Source: Nitrospirota bacterium (lineage in GTDB: Bacteria > Nitrospirota > Thermodesulfovibrionia > Thermodesulfovibrionales > Dissulfurispiraceae). From it: DNA of 64,000 nt. The notes beneath the pieces are model-generated. The model was given only the letters and a program-made list of their open reading frames with translations, made no database searches and was not told the DNA's origin. Position numbers and translations under genes: made by a program. Below are positions 9,865-20,265 of this stretch, one piece after another; within the stretch, counting starts at the first letter, position 1; each line of letters begins with the position of its first letter. The DNA is taken from the NCBI GenBank assembly GCA_963790025.1, contig CAWBMP010000004.1:1408001-1472000 (forward strand). The letters are read 5' to 3'.

Positions 9865-10399
9865 GGTCCATAGATTATTATGTGCTTTGTTTTCCGTTGT
9901 TATCGTTTGCGGATATTCAACTGCACAGGCTATCGATGTCCCGGTCAACACGACCGCCCATGTATATTTCTCGCCTGACGGTGGAGGGACCACCGCTATA
10001 GTAAAGGCTATCGAGAATGCCAAATCGGAAATACTCGTTCAGGCGTATTCCTTCACTTCCGCACCCATAGCAAAAGCATTGGTTGATGCTCATAAGCGAG
10101 GTGTGCATATCGAGATTATATTGGATAAATCCAATAACACTGCCAAATACTCAGCCGCTGACTTCACGGCACACGCCGGTATCCCGACTTATATTGACGC
10201 CCAGCATGCCATTGCACATAATAAAATTATGATTATCGACAGGGAAACGGTGATTACCGGCTCCTTTAACTTCACCAAGGCTGCGGAAGAAAAAAATGCG
10301 GAGAACCTTATTATTATCAAGTCAAAGGCATTGGCAAAGACGTATGCCGATAATTGGAACAGGCATGAAGGGCATTCGGAAGTGTATCGAGGGAGATAA
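9851..10399 (+). CDS. Secreted phospholipase D-family (Nuc-like) endonuclease
   Basis: Signal peptide; FSPDGG, QAYSFTS, single HNK(x4)D motif, TGSFNFT, NAEN. Confidence 0.9.
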   Translation: MNWIKVHRLLCALFSVVIVCGYSTAQAIDVPVNTTAHVYFSPDGGGTTAIVKAIENAKSEILVQAYSFTSAPIAKALVDAHKRGVHIEIILDKSNNTAKYSAADFTAHAGIPTYIDAQHAIAHNKIMIIDRETVITGSFNFTKAAEEKNAENLIIIKSKALAKTYADNWNRHEGHSEVYRGR

Positions 10400-10435
10400 C
10401 AAATAATTGATGAACATAGAATTAGGCGTAAGCCA

Positions 10436-10575
10436 GGTTACACTTATGGTTACAAAAGTTACTCCGAGGTTACTCCAAAAAAGGGGCTAAGTGTAACCGG
10501 TTATTCTTTGGCCTATATTCCAATAAGTTTACGGTTACATTCTCGGAGTAACAACCTGTAACCGGAAGTGTAACC
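10436..10575. repeat. Array of GGTTAC/GTAACC short repeats in both orientations
   Basis: About 9 GTTAC/GTAAC cores in 140 bp. Confidence 0.8.
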
Positions 10576-10698
10576 GTAAGGTGAGAGCGATATTCTTCAA
10601 ATAGCAGTCTCTATCAATCCCCTATGTGCTAAAATACGCCGTGTTGATGTATATCTGATACGCAATCGGTAGGGGCGGGGGATAAGAAAGCCAAAGCT

Positions 10699-13449
10699 AT
10701 GAACCAGACGCCAGAGGAGATAGCGCGTGACCACATTGATAGGCAGTTAATTCAGTGCGGCTGGATTATTCAGGATAAAAAAAAGATAGATTTGTGGGCT
10801 TCGCTGGGTGTTGTTGTCCGTGAATATCAAACAGACACTGGCCCGGCTGATTATATCTTATTCGTCAACGGCAAGCCGGTAGGTGTTATCGAGGCTAAAA
10901 AAGAAGAGGAAGGATATCATTTAACCTCTGCCGAAACCCAATCAGCCGATTATGCAACCAGCAAACTTAAACATCTGAATAATGACCCTCTGCCATTTGT
11001 CTATGAAAGCACGGGAGTGCTTACAAGATTTACCGACTATCGAGACCCAAAGCCCCGTTCGCGCCCTGTTTTTTCCTTTCATCGTCCGGAAACATTTCAC
11101 CAGTGGCTCAAAAAAGAAAAGACATTAAGGAGCAGGCTCCTTGATTTGACAGTTTTGCCCACAGAAGGCTTACGCGATTGCCAGATAACAGCCATTTCAA
11201 ACCTTGAAATATCTTTTAAAGAGAATAGACCCAAAGCCCTTATTCAGATGGCTACAGGTTCAGGAAAGACATTCGCCGCCATTACCTTTATATACCGTCT
11301 GCTGAAACATTGCGATGCCAAACGAGTTCTCTTTCTTGTTGATACCAGAAATCTCGGAGAGCAGGCAGAACAAGAATTTATGGCTTATACCCCGAACGAT
11401 GATAATAGAAAGTTTATTGAACTCTATAATGTGCAGCGGTTGAAGTCCAATTATGTGGCTACCGACAGCCAAGTTTGTATAAGCACTATTCAAAGACTTT
11501 ATTCTATTTTGAAGGGGGAAGAACTGGAAGAATCAGCAGAGGAAACGAACCCCGGTGAAATTGAGTGGGGTAAGCGCGAACCTTTGCCTGTGGTATACAA
11601 TGAAAAAATACCGATAGAGTTTTTCGACTTTATAGTGATTGATGAATGCCATCGTAGCATATACAATCTGTGGAAACAGGTTCTGGAATACTTTGATAGT
11701 TTTCTTATCGGATTAACCGCGACACCGGATAAACGGACATTTGGATTTTTCAATCAAAATGTCGTAAGCGAATACACTCATGAAGAAGCCGTGGCGGACG
11801 GTGTTAATGTTGGCTACAATGTATTTCTGATTGAAACGGAAGTCACTAAGAAGGGTTCTGTTATCTGGAAAGGTGAATATGTGGATTTCAGGGAAAAACA
11901 GTCTCGAAAGAGGCGATGGGAGCAACTTGATGAGGATGTCGCCTATTCTGCAAAGAAACTTGATGAGGACGTCGTTAATCCCAACCAGATAAGGGCTATT
12001 GTAAGAACTTTTAAAGATAAATTATCTGAAATATTCCCCAACCGTGAGGAAGTTCCCAAAACCCTTATATTTGCAAAGACTGATAGCCATGCCGATGATA
12101 TCATCCAGATTGTGCGTGAGGAGTTTGGTGAGGGTAATGCATTCTGCAAGAAAATCACATATAAGACTGAAGAAGACCCTAAATCGGTGTTGGCTCAGTT
12201 CCGCAATGACTATTACCCAAGGGTAGCCGTTACTGTTGATATGATAGCAACCGGAACCGATGTGAAGCCCCTCGAATGTCTGATATTTATGCGGGATGTA
12301 AAAAGTAAAAACTACTATGAGCAGATGAAGGGGCGGGGGACACGCACAATATCATTGGATGACTTGAGAAAGGTCACCCCTTCTGCTCACTATACCAAGG
12401 ACCATTTCATCATTGTTGACGCCATAGGGGTATCAAAAACCTTAAAAACAGATAGCCGTCCACTGGAACGGAAGCCCAGTGCTTCCCTTAAAGACTTGCT
12501 TGCCGCTGTGACTGTTGGCGCGCGCGATGAGGATTTATTTACCACCCTTGCAGGACGTATCAGCAGACTGGACAAGATAATGACGGAAAAGGAAAAGAGC
12601 ACCTTTACTGACAAGGCAAAGGGCAAACGCGCTGGACAAGTTGCAAAGGAGTTGTTAAACGCTTATGACCCTGACATGATTGAAACGACTGCTCGTGAAA
12701 AATTTAACCTGGCTAATTATGATATTCCGACAGAAGAACAATTAAAGGAAACACAGGACATATTGATTATAAAAGCATCATCCAATTTCAACGGCGACTT
12801 GAATACCTACATAGAAAACGTCCGAAAGGTGCATGAGCAGATAATAGATATTACTAATCCAGATACTGTTGAATATGTCGGGTGGGATAAACAGGCAAAG
12901 GCAGGGGCATCGGAATTGATACAAGACTTCAAAAGTTATATTGAGGTGCACAAGGATGAAATTACAGCCCTGCAGATATTTTATAGCCAGCCGTATCGCA
13001 GGCGAGAACTCACCTACTCCATGATAAAAGATGTGCTGGAGAACTTGAAATCCGATAAGCCACTACTTGCTCCCTTGAGGATATGGCAGGCATATGAACA
13101 CCTTGAAACAGTTAATGGAAGCCCGAAGAACGAACTGATAGCACTTGTATCCCTTATCCGCAAAATAGTCGGGATTGACTCCACGCTCACTGCTTATGAC
13201 AAGACAGTGGATAAAAACTTCCAGGACTGGGTATTTCGTAAGCAGGCAGGAACATTGAAATTTAACGAGGAGCAGATGCAGTGGCTTCGGATGATTAAAG
13301 AGCATGTCGTAACATCCTTTCATATTGAAAAAGATGATTTTGACTTAAACCCCTTCAATGAACAGGGCGGGTTAGGCAAGATGTGGCGTCTCTTCGGTGA
13401 TAAGACAGATGAAATTATTGAAGAACTGAACGAAGCGTTGGCGGCTTAG
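10699..13449 (+). CDS. hsdR: Type I restriction endonuclease R subunit (EcoEI-like C-terminus)
   Basis: ADYILF...VIEAKK nuclease motif; MATGSGKT, DECHRS, LTATP, TGTD, QMKGRGTR helicase motifs. Confidence 0.95.
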   Translation: MNQTPEEIARDHIDRQLIQCGWIIQDKKKIDLWASLGVVVREYQTDTGPADYILFVNGKPVGVIEAKKEEEGYHLTSAETQSADYATSKLKHLNNDPLPFVYESTGVLTRFTDYRDPKPRSRPVFSFHRPETFHQWLKKEKTLRSRLLDLTVLPTEGLRDCQITAISNLEISFKENRPKALIQMATGSGKTFAAITFIYRLLKHCDAKRVLFLVDTRNLGEQAEQEFMAYTPNDDNRKFIELYNVQRLKSNYVATDSQVCISTIQRLYSILKGEELEESAEETNPGEIEWGKREPLPVVYNEKIPIEFFDFIVIDECHRSIYNLWKQVLEYFDSFLIGLTATPDKRTFGFFNQNVVSEYTHEEAVADGVNVGYNVFLIETEVTKKGSVIWKGEYVDFREKQSRKRRWEQLDEDVAYSAKKLDEDVVNPNQIRAIVRTFKDKLSEIFPNREEVPKTLIFAKTDSHADDIIQIVREEFGEGNAFCKKITYKTEEDPKSVLAQFRNDYYPRVAVTVDMIATGTDVKPLECLIFMRDVKSKNYYEQMKGRGTRTISLDDLRKVTPSAHYTKDHFIIVDAIGVSKTLKTDSRPLERKPSASLKDLLAAVTVGARDEDLFTTLAGRISRLDKIMTEKEKSTFTDKAKGKRAGQVAKELLNAYDPDMIETTAREKFNLANYDIPTEEQLKETQDILIIKASSNFNGDLNTYIENVRKVHEQIIDITNPDTVEYVGWDKQAKAGASELIQDFKSYIEVHKDEITALQIFYSQPYRRRELTYSMIKDVLENLKSDKPLLAPLRIWQAYEHLETVNGSPKNELIALVSLIRKIVGIDSTLTAYDKTVDKNFQDWVFRKQAGTLKFNEEQMQWLRMIKEHVVTSFHIEKDDFDLNPFNEQGGLGKMWRLFGDKTDEIIEELNEALAA

Positions 13450-13450
13450 A

Positions 13451-14917
13451 ATGGTTGCATTGCGTAAAACGCCAAAGGAATGGCTATTAACAAATTTAGG
13501 CACCGCTGCTACCTATTTGAATGGCAGAGCTTTCAAACCATCAGAATGGGAAGGTGCAGGAATACCTATTATCCGTATTCAAAATCTGAACGACCCTGAT
13601 GCCAAATATAATTACTCATCCCAATCTTTTGAAAGCAGATACAAAATATATAACGGTGATTTGTTATTTGCGTGGTCTGCGTCTCTGGGAGCATATATAT
13701 GGAAAGGTGAGGATGCATGGCTAAACCAGCACATCTTTAAAGTTATTCCAGGTGCTCATACCGATAAACATTTTTTATATTTCTTTTTAAACAGGGTAGT
13801 TGCGGAATTATATGCAAAGGCTCACGGTTCTGGCATGGTTCACGTTACAAAAGGAGTTTTTGAGAAACACTATTTTCCTCTACCCCCTCTCCCTGAACAG
13901 CGAGCCATCGTTTCAAAGATTGAGCAACTCCTCAGCGACTTAGACAATGGGATAGCAAGTTTCAAGGTAGCATTGGAACAACTTAAAGTTTACCGTCAGT
14001 CTGTGTTGAAATGGGCATTTGAAGGAAAATTAACAGAAGATTGGCGTAAAAAGCAGAAGAACCTCTCTGATGCAAAGGATTTACTGGAACAAATAAGAAT
14101 TGAGAGGGAAAGGCTGACTAAAGTAAATGGCACAAAAGTTAGGAATGTATACCCTATTGCGGAAGAATGCTTAACGACACTACCGGAACTGACAAAAGGT
14201 TGGATATGGGTTAAACTGGGGGAAATTGCATTAAAGATAACTGATGGTGAACATGTTACTCCTCAAAGGGCTTCTAAAGGAGTATACCTTTTATCTGCAA
14301 GAAATATTCAAAATGGCTATTTAGATTTGTCCAAGGTTGATTATATACCCTATGAGGAATACGAGAGAATAATTAAACGATGCTACCCTCAAGCAGGTGA
14401 TATTTTAATTTCTTGCTCTGGAAGCATCGGCAGAGTGTGTGCCGTTCCGAAAGAGATAGAATTTACACTGGTAAGAAGCGTGGCGTTAGTTAAATTAATT
14501 CAACAGTTAACTACATCAAAGTTTATGGAATATTGCCTTCAATCTCCGCTTCTTCAAAGGCAAATTGATGAAAAAAAGAAAGCAACTGCCCAGGCTAATA
14601 TATTCTTGCAGCCCATATCAGAATTGATATTTCCGCTATGCTCAGTTGCAGAACAATATGTAGTCGTTCAAGAAATAGAAACTCGCCTCTCCGTATGTGA
14701 TAATCTTGAAGAGAACATCAACCAGAGCCTGCAAACAGCAGAAGCATTACGACAAAGTATCCTCAAAAAAGCATTTGAAGGTAGACTTCTTTCTGATGTG
14801 GAACTGGAGAATGCTCGTAAAGCCCCAGATTGGGAACCTGCTGACAGCTTACTTGAACGCATCAAGGCTGAAAGGACATCTGTGCAAAAACCAAAGGCAA
14901 AACTAATAAAGAGGTAA
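13451..14917 (+). CDS. hsdS: Type I R-M specificity subunit
   Basis: Two TRDs; PLPPLPEQRAIV conserved region; LRQSILKKAFEGRL; EPADSLLERIKAER tail. Confidence 0.93.
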   Translation: MVALRKTPKEWLLTNLGTAATYLNGRAFKPSEWEGAGIPIIRIQNLNDPDAKYNYSSQSFESRYKIYNGDLLFAWSASLGAYIWKGEDAWLNQHIFKVIPGAHTDKHFLYFFLNRVVAELYAKAHGSGMVHVTKGVFEKHYFPLPPLPEQRAIVSKIEQLLSDLDNGIASFKVALEQLKVYRQSVLKWAFEGKLTEDWRKKQKNLSDAKDLLEQIRIERERLTKVNGTKVRNVYPIAEECLTTLPELTKGWIWVKLGEIALKITDGEHVTPQRASKGVYLLSARNIQNGYLDLSKVDYIPYEEYERIIKRCYPQAGDILISCSGSIGRVCAVPKEIEFTLVRSVALVKLIQQLTTSKFMEYCLQSPLLQRQIDEKKKATAQANIFLQPISELIFPLCSVAEQYVVVQEIETRLSVCDNLEENINQSLQTAEALRQSILKKAFEGRLLSDVELENARKAPDWEPADSLLERIKAERTSVQKPKAKLIKR

Positions 14918-14919
14918 TC

Positions 14920-16404
14920 GTGACTGATAATAATACATCAAGTATCATTTCAAAAGTATGGAGTTTCTGTAATACCCTCCGTGACGACGGAGTAGGTTAT
15001 GGGGATTATCTTGAACAACTTACATATCTTCTATTCCTTAAATTGGCAGATGAGTTCTCAAAGCCTCCCTATAACCGTAAACTGCCTGTGCCAAAGGATT
15101 ATAACTGGGAAAGCCTTTCCTCCAGACGTGGCGCAGATTTGGAAGCGCATTACACTATCCTACTTCGTGAACTTTCAAAGCAAAAAGGAATTCTCGGACA
15201 GATATTCATAAAAAGCCAGAATAAGATTCAGGACCCTGCCAAACTCTATCGCATCATAGATATGATTGATAAGGAAGTGTGGAGTGAAATGGGGACTGAC
15301 ATAAAGGGGCAGATTTATGAGGGGCTTCTTGAAAAGAATGCAGAGGACACTAAAAGCGGAGCAGGGCAATACTTCACGCCCCGAGCGCTTATTAAGTCAA
15401 TGGTAGCCTGCCTGAAACCAGAGCCGATGAAGACTATTGCTGACCCGGCATGTGGCACCGGAGGGTTCTTCTTGGCGGCGTATGATTTTATAGCAGGTAA
15501 TTACTCTCTTGATAAAGAACAAAAGCGGTTCCTAAAATTTAAGACATTTTCAGGCAATGAAATCGTTGCCAGCACCAGAAGGCTTGCCCTGATGAATTTA
15601 TTTCTCCATAACATAGGCGATATTGATAGCGAAAACTTCATTTCATCGGCTGATGCTCTGATTGCGGATACCGGCATAAGGGTTGACTATGTTTTGGCAA
15701 ATCCGCCTTTTGGGAAGAAAAGCAGTATGACTTTTACCAATGACGAAGGTGAGCAGGAAAGCGAGGACTTAACATATAACAGGCAGGATTTCTGGGTTAC
15801 CACCAGCAATAAACAACTCAATTTTGTTCAGCATATCCGCACAATGCTTAAAACCGATGGACGGGCTGCGGTTGTTGTCCCCGACAATGTGCTTTTTGAA
15901 GGTGGCGCCGGTGAGACTGTCCGGCAGAAATTACTGGAAACAACCGAACTCCATACAATTCTGCGCCTTCCAACTGGACTATTTTATAAGCAGGGTGTAA
16001 AAGCGAATGTTATCTTCTTTGACAATAATCCCGCTTCCAAAACAGCATGGACAAAGGACGTGTGGATATACGATTACCGGACAAATATTCATCATACACT
16101 GAAAAAGAACCCGATGCAGTTTACTGATTTACAGGATTTCATAAATTGCTACAACCCACATAATCGCCATAAAAGGAAAGAAACGTGGCATGCTGATACA
16201 AATCCGGAAGGGCGCTGGAGAAAATTCACCTATGATGAGATTACAAAGAGGGATAAAACCAGCCTCGATATTATATGGCTGAAAGATAAAAGCCTTGCCA
16301 ATCTTGATAATCTGCCAGACCCGGATGTATTGGCTGATGAAATCATCGAGAATATTGAAGCGGGACTGGAAAGTTTTAAGGCTATTTATAATATTGTTAA
16401 ATAA
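14920..16404 (+). CDS. hsdM: Type I R-M N6-adenine methyltransferase
   Basis: GQYFTPR, DPACGTGGF, NPPF. Confidence 0.95.
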   Translation: MTDNNTSSIISKVWSFCNTLRDDGVGYGDYLEQLTYLLFLKLADEFSKPPYNRKLPVPKDYNWESLSSRRGADLEAHYTILLRELSKQKGILGQIFIKSQNKIQDPAKLYRIIDMIDKEVWSEMGTDIKGQIYEGLLEKNAEDTKSGAGQYFTPRALIKSMVACLKPEPMKTIADPACGTGGFFLAAYDFIAGNYSLDKEQKRFLKFKTFSGNEIVASTRRLALMNLFLHNIGDIDSENFISSADALIADTGIRVDYVLANPPFGKKSSMTFTNDEGEQESEDLTYNRQDFWVTTSNKQLNFVQHIRTMLKTDGRAAVVVPDNVLFEGGAGETVRQKLLETTELHTILRLPTGLFYKQGVKANVIFFDNNPASKTAWTKDVWIYDYRTNIHHTLKKNPMQFTDLQDFINCYNPHNRHKRKETWHADTNPEGRWRKFTYDEITKRDKTSLDIIWLKDKSLANLDNLPDPDVLADEIIENIEAGLESFKAIYNIVK

Positions 16405-16442
16405 TTTATATCGGAACAAATAGGACCGTTACGTAGCAATAA

Positions 16443-16871
16443 TTAAGGTTTCTTTGAGATATATTTATCCATTCTCTCGGTAAGGTGACGGACTTCTTCT
16501 TTCATATCTTGCCTGTAGTTTGTTAAATCCGACTTGAGATTATCAATTTTATTTGTTAAGGAGTTATATGCCGATACCACTAAAGCGATAAATATTATAA
16601 TAGCAAAAAAAGCTTCCAAAAACTGAACATGCTCAGAGAACTTAAACTTCTTGGCTGGCATAATCGCTTTGTATACACCAGCGGAGTGTTCACCCCCTTC
16701 GGGTGTATAGATTGTGCTATCGGAGGACGGCAAACTCATGAAATCCTGTCCCGTCGCAGAATAACTATCGCCCGTTCTTGTGACGGGACTGGCCTCAAGG
16801 GATTTTTGGTATTCTCTCCTTTGAATGTCTCTACTCTTTGTCCTTGGGGGAATTGTTTTTTTTCTTGTCAT
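16443..16871 (-). CDS. Single-TM coiled-coil protein coupled to the upstream TIGR04255-like gene
   Basis: Ser/Thr-rich linker, TM AFFAIIIFIALVVSAY, coiled-coil tail; ATGA overlap. Confidence 0.65.
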   Translation of the reverse strand: MTRKKTIPPRTKSRDIQRREYQKSLEASPVTRTGDSYSATGQDFMSLPSSDSTIYTPEGGEHSAGVYKAIMPAKKFKFSEHVQFLEAFFAIIIFIALVVSAYNSLTNKIDNLKSDLTNYRQDMKEEVRHLTERMDKYISKKP

Positions 16872-17620
16872 AGTGTTTTTTGAAACACTTCAAAATTAAA
16901 CTTCGCCTTTATACTGTCTTCTATGTAACTCTGTGCTTCAGCAACATGATAGTTTATATTTATATCAGCAAAAGTTCTGAGAGGCATATAGTAATACTGA
17001 TAATCGGCGGCAAGCTTTATAACCGTAGGGAAACTTAACTCTTCGCCTAATTCTTTCATGGGTTCTCTTGCAGATATTATCTCAACAAAAGCATTCCGAT
17101 AGTCAGCCTTTTTGTCCGGCTGATATATCGCGTCTGAAGTTGGGTTCTTAAGGGCAAATCGTATCACAACATTATCGGGTGTGCCTTTCATATCAACTTT
17201 AAGAACTTTAGAGTATATCTCCTTTGCCGAATTTTCGAAGGAAGCAATTCTGTATTGGAAAACTACCCCCACCCTATCTATCTTATTCTTTCCTTCAGTA
17301 AGCGGTATGGCTATTTTTGACAGTTCAGTAAACATATCTTCAACGGTGGATATATCTATCTGGGGTTCTGCTGACATATCACAATTTAGGGTTAATCCGT
17401 CTGTGCCATAAATTACAGAAAGAGTGCCTTCTTCATCTCTGATGTCTACACTGAGGCTATCTGGATGCCCTATCATGGTGAAGCTTTTTTCCGGAAAGGG
17501 ATAATTGCCCTGAAGAGGTATTACTTTATCCAAGAATTCGCTTATTTTATTAGTTGCCTGAAATGTTCTCTTGTGCCTAAGCCCAATAACAACCCTCTCA
17601 AGTTCCCAAATATCCTTCAT
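16868..17620 (-). CDS. Hypothetical protein, possibly a divergent TIGR04255-like protein
   Basis: 250 aa; KIDRVGVVFQY resembles the VERLGLRYIN motif of 19537-20265; GGGGG RBS. Confidence 0.5.
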   Translation of the reverse strand: MKDIWELERVVIGLRHKRTFQATNKISEFLDKVIPLQGNYPFPEKSFTMIGHPDSLSVDIRDEEGTLSVIYGTDGLTLNCDMSAEPQIDISTVEDMFTELSKIAIPLTEGKNKIDRVGVVFQYRIASFENSAKEIYSKVLKVDMKGTPDNVVIRFALKNPTSDAIYQPDKKADYRNAFVEIISAREPMKELGEELSFPTVIKLAADYQYYYMPLRTFADININYHVAEAQSYIEDSIKAKFNFEVFQKTL

Positions 17621-17857
17621 ATCCCCCCCTAATGCAACTTTGGTTATCAGCAAACCTGCAAAATTATATCATATTACAAAAAGTTATAAAAATATCGCTC
17701 AATAAAAAAGGCTCGGTAGGGGTTTGTCCGCCACAAGAATGAATCTTTTTTCATCTGTCTACTCATAACGGACAATAATAATAGCAATCACCGGTTGTCT
17801 GTTTCCCCTTATTACGGTATACTCGCAGCGTTTATAAAAATTAGAGGGCATAGGTTA

Positions 17858-18514
17858 ATGGCAACCGTTATGAAAATCGGAATCTACGCAAGAGTTAGCA
17901 CGCGCGACAAACAGGAAGTCGAGAACCAATTATCGCAACTACGGCAATACTGCGAACGCAATGGTTATAAAGTTTTCAAAGAATATATCGATACCGATTC
18001 AGGCAGTAATCCAGACAGGACACAGTTCCGCGCCATGTTTCAAGACGCTTATCAGAAGAAATTTGACTCGGTGTTGTTTTGGGCTTTGGATAGGTTCAGC
18101 CGTGAAGGCGCTCGTGAGACAATAAATTATTTATCGGAATTGGAATCCTATGGTATCAGTTTTATTTCCTTTACCGAGCCGTATCTCAATTCCATTGGAA
18201 TTTTCAAAGATGCCATTATTTCCATCCTGGCCACTCTTGCCAAGCAGGAGAAAATTAGGATACAGGAACGGGTGCGCGCAGGACTGGAAAGAGCCAAGGC
18301 AAAAGGTATGAAGTTGGGGAAGAAATCATTGGCGCCCATTGAACGGAAGAAAATCATTGAAGCCCATCTTGCCAACAAGAGCCTCTCTGTCAGACAACTT
18401 GCCAAAACCTTAAAGATGAAACCCGGCAGTGTTCACAAAACCCTATCACTTTTTAGGACAGGGAAATGTAATAATGACGGCATTTTACAGGATAGTTCTT
18501 CGCGTTCACTATGA
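17858..18514 (+). CDS. Small serine resolvase/invertase with C-terminal HTH
   Basis: YARVST, DRFSR, ERVRAGLERAKAKGMKLG, SVRQLAKTL. Confidence 0.93.
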   Translation: MATVMKIGIYARVSTRDKQEVENQLSQLRQYCERNGYKVFKEYIDTDSGSNPDRTQFRAMFQDAYQKKFDSVLFWALDRFSREGARETINYLSELESYGISFISFTEPYLNSIGIFKDAIISILATLAKQEKIRIQERVRAGLERAKAKGMKLGKKSLAPIERKKIIEAHLANKSLSVRQLAKTLKMKPGSVHKTLSLFRTGKCNNDGILQDSSSRSL

Positions 18515-18531
18515 CAGGTGTTTGATGAACA
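18429..18531. promoter_or_regulatory. Putative res-like site overlapping the resolvase 3' end
   Basis: GTTCACAAAACC and GTTCA-N17-TGAAC dyad. Confidence 0.35.
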
Positions 18532-18597
18532 TACTATGAAGTGTATAAGATAAGGCAATAATATTGAATTCTGAGCGAAGTATTGATTTGTCGCCGT

Positions 18598-19215
18598 TTA
18601 ATTAATGATGCCCTTATTCCTATCAACTTTTTCCTGAATTCTTGTAAAATGAACGGATAATTTAAAAAGCAATAAATAAAAACCATAATCACTAAGGCAC
18701 AGAATCCTTATGTCTTTTAAATTCTTGCCTATCATTGTATTATCGGAACTATTAATTCTATCCAAAAAAACTATCGATTCGTCCTCAATACCATAGCCAT
18801 TCGGCAAATAAAACAATTGAGTGACATATTGTTTTCTGACGGTAGCCACAAAGGTCTCTATCTTAGAATTGTCAATTCCATTGGCTTCTAACAAGATAAT
18901 AATTTTTTTTAGTTTCACAATTGGTGCATAAATAAGATTACGTGAAATATACCGTGTCTCCTTGGGCTGATTATCACAGGTATTAGACAAGATCATGCAC
19001 GGTGCATAATGTATAGTTGGAGCAGGTAAGTTTACAATGGGCAAATCCGTTATAACATCACCTTGAAAAATTACATCTTGGTTTAAAATCTGTGTAGTGT
19101 AAATTCGTGAGTCAATATTTTCAGGGAATTGCTCCAATTCTTCAAGAAGTGCTATGGTTGATTCAGCAGATAAATATTGAGGCAGATACTTCTTAACTTC
19201 TTCCCATGGAATCAT
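18598..19215 (-). CDS. Hypothetical protein (QGD...ILSNTCD pattern; possible PemK/MazF-like fold)
   Basis: FQGDVI, CMILSNTCD, YAPIV, FYLP, LSVHFTR; third gene of the TIGR04255 operon. Confidence 0.6.
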   Translation of the reverse strand: MIPWEEVKKYLPQYLSAESTIALLEELEQFPENIDSRIYTTQILNQDVIFQGDVITDLPIVNLPAPTIHYAPCMILSNTCDNQPKETRYISRNLIYAPIVKLKKIIILLEANGIDNSKIETFVATVRKQYVTQLFYLPNGYGIEDESIVFLDRINSSDNTMIGKNLKDIRILCLSDYGFYLLLFKLSVHFTRIQEKVDRNKGIIN

Positions 19216-19223
19216 ATTAATGA

Positions 19224-19553
19224 CTACAATAACTCCGCAAAATTGTCATTAATAATCTTCACAATTATAGGGTCTATATTTTCAGATTTCTCCAACAGAT
19301 TAGATGCAAATTTATTTAATGTTTTAATTTGATGCAGTGCCTGCATTTCCTCACAGGTCATGGAATAATAAAATACTTTCAAATATTCTTCCCATGGCTT
19401 GCTATCCGCAATTACATTTAAGTCATAATTTTGAGCAGGGGTTAACAAATCCTCACGTAGTCCATAAGTTATTATTGCAAATGTTGCGGTTGCTGATAGT
19501 CCTAACATGATTAATTTGCTTGTTGATGGAGTCACTTTATTGTCCTCCTGCAT
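19224..19553 (-). CDS. Small protein with N-terminal hydrophobic segment
   Basis: Overlaps the TIGR04255 stop; LIMLGLSATATFAIITYGL. Confidence 0.6.
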   Translation of the reverse strand: MQEDNKVTPSTSKLIMLGLSATATFAIITYGLREDLLTPAQNYDLNVIADSKPWEEYLKVFYYSMTCEEMQALHQIKTLNKFASNLLEKSENIDPIIVKIINDNFAELL

Positions 19554-20265
19554 ACGTAGGATTTAATGTTTCTAAAAAATCCGGGTTAAGCAAACCAAAA
19601 AATAATTTCTTTTCTTCTTCATGCCCTTTAAGAAGCAAATCAGAGTAAGATGTCAAAAACCCATCAAGATTCTCAGTGGTAGAAGTATCAATGTCAATAA
19701 CAGAACCCGATAAAATCTTATTCTGAACACCCAAGGATGTTTTATTTGTAATTTGAAGCACAGATGTGAATTCATTACTTTTAAGTTCAGTCCGAATAAA
19801 TGTATTATTGCTTTTCAACGGTTCGTTGCATAAATTAACTCCCAATGAAATCTTTTGAAATATGTCAAAATCAAAGAAGTTAATATATCTTAGTCCAAGT
19901 CGTTCCACTTTTTTAATAACATCAACTTCTCTTATCTTCTCGAATACATCGGCAATTTCCCTCAAGAAAATTTCCCATCCAACATATTCCGTTGGACTGC
20001 TTATAGAAATTACCTTGGGGCCTATCAATGCTCCGAAGGTTTCATTATTTATTTTATAATGAGGCTGATTTATAAAGTTAGGGTCTTGATGTCTTATCTG
20101 TTCAGGTATTTGCAAAATAGGTAATGGGTTAACCGTTGGATATTTATGTTGGAGTGCTTTAAATATTATGCCGAATACTGCGGAATATACGATATTAGGT
20201 TCAAACACGATACCAATGTTGGCATCAATAATCGGACAAGGGTCTATCTTTACCGGTATTTTCAT
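19537..20265 (-). CDS. TIGR04255 family protein
   Basis: PCPIIDA..FE, LPILQIPEQIR, YVGWE, VERLGLRYINFF, VIDID, H..EK..FF.LL. Confidence 0.8.
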   Translation of the reverse strand: MKIPVKIDPCPIIDANIGIVFEPNIVYSAVFGIIFKALQHKYPTVNPLPILQIPEQIRHQDPNFINQPHYKINNETFGALIGPKVISISSPTEYVGWEIFLREIADVFEKIREVDVIKKVERLGLRYINFFDFDIFQKISLGVNLCNEPLKSNNTFIRTELKSNEFTSVLQITNKTSLGVQNKILSGSVIDIDTSTTENLDGFLTSYSDLLLKGHEEEKKLFFGLLNPDFLETLNPTYAGGQ

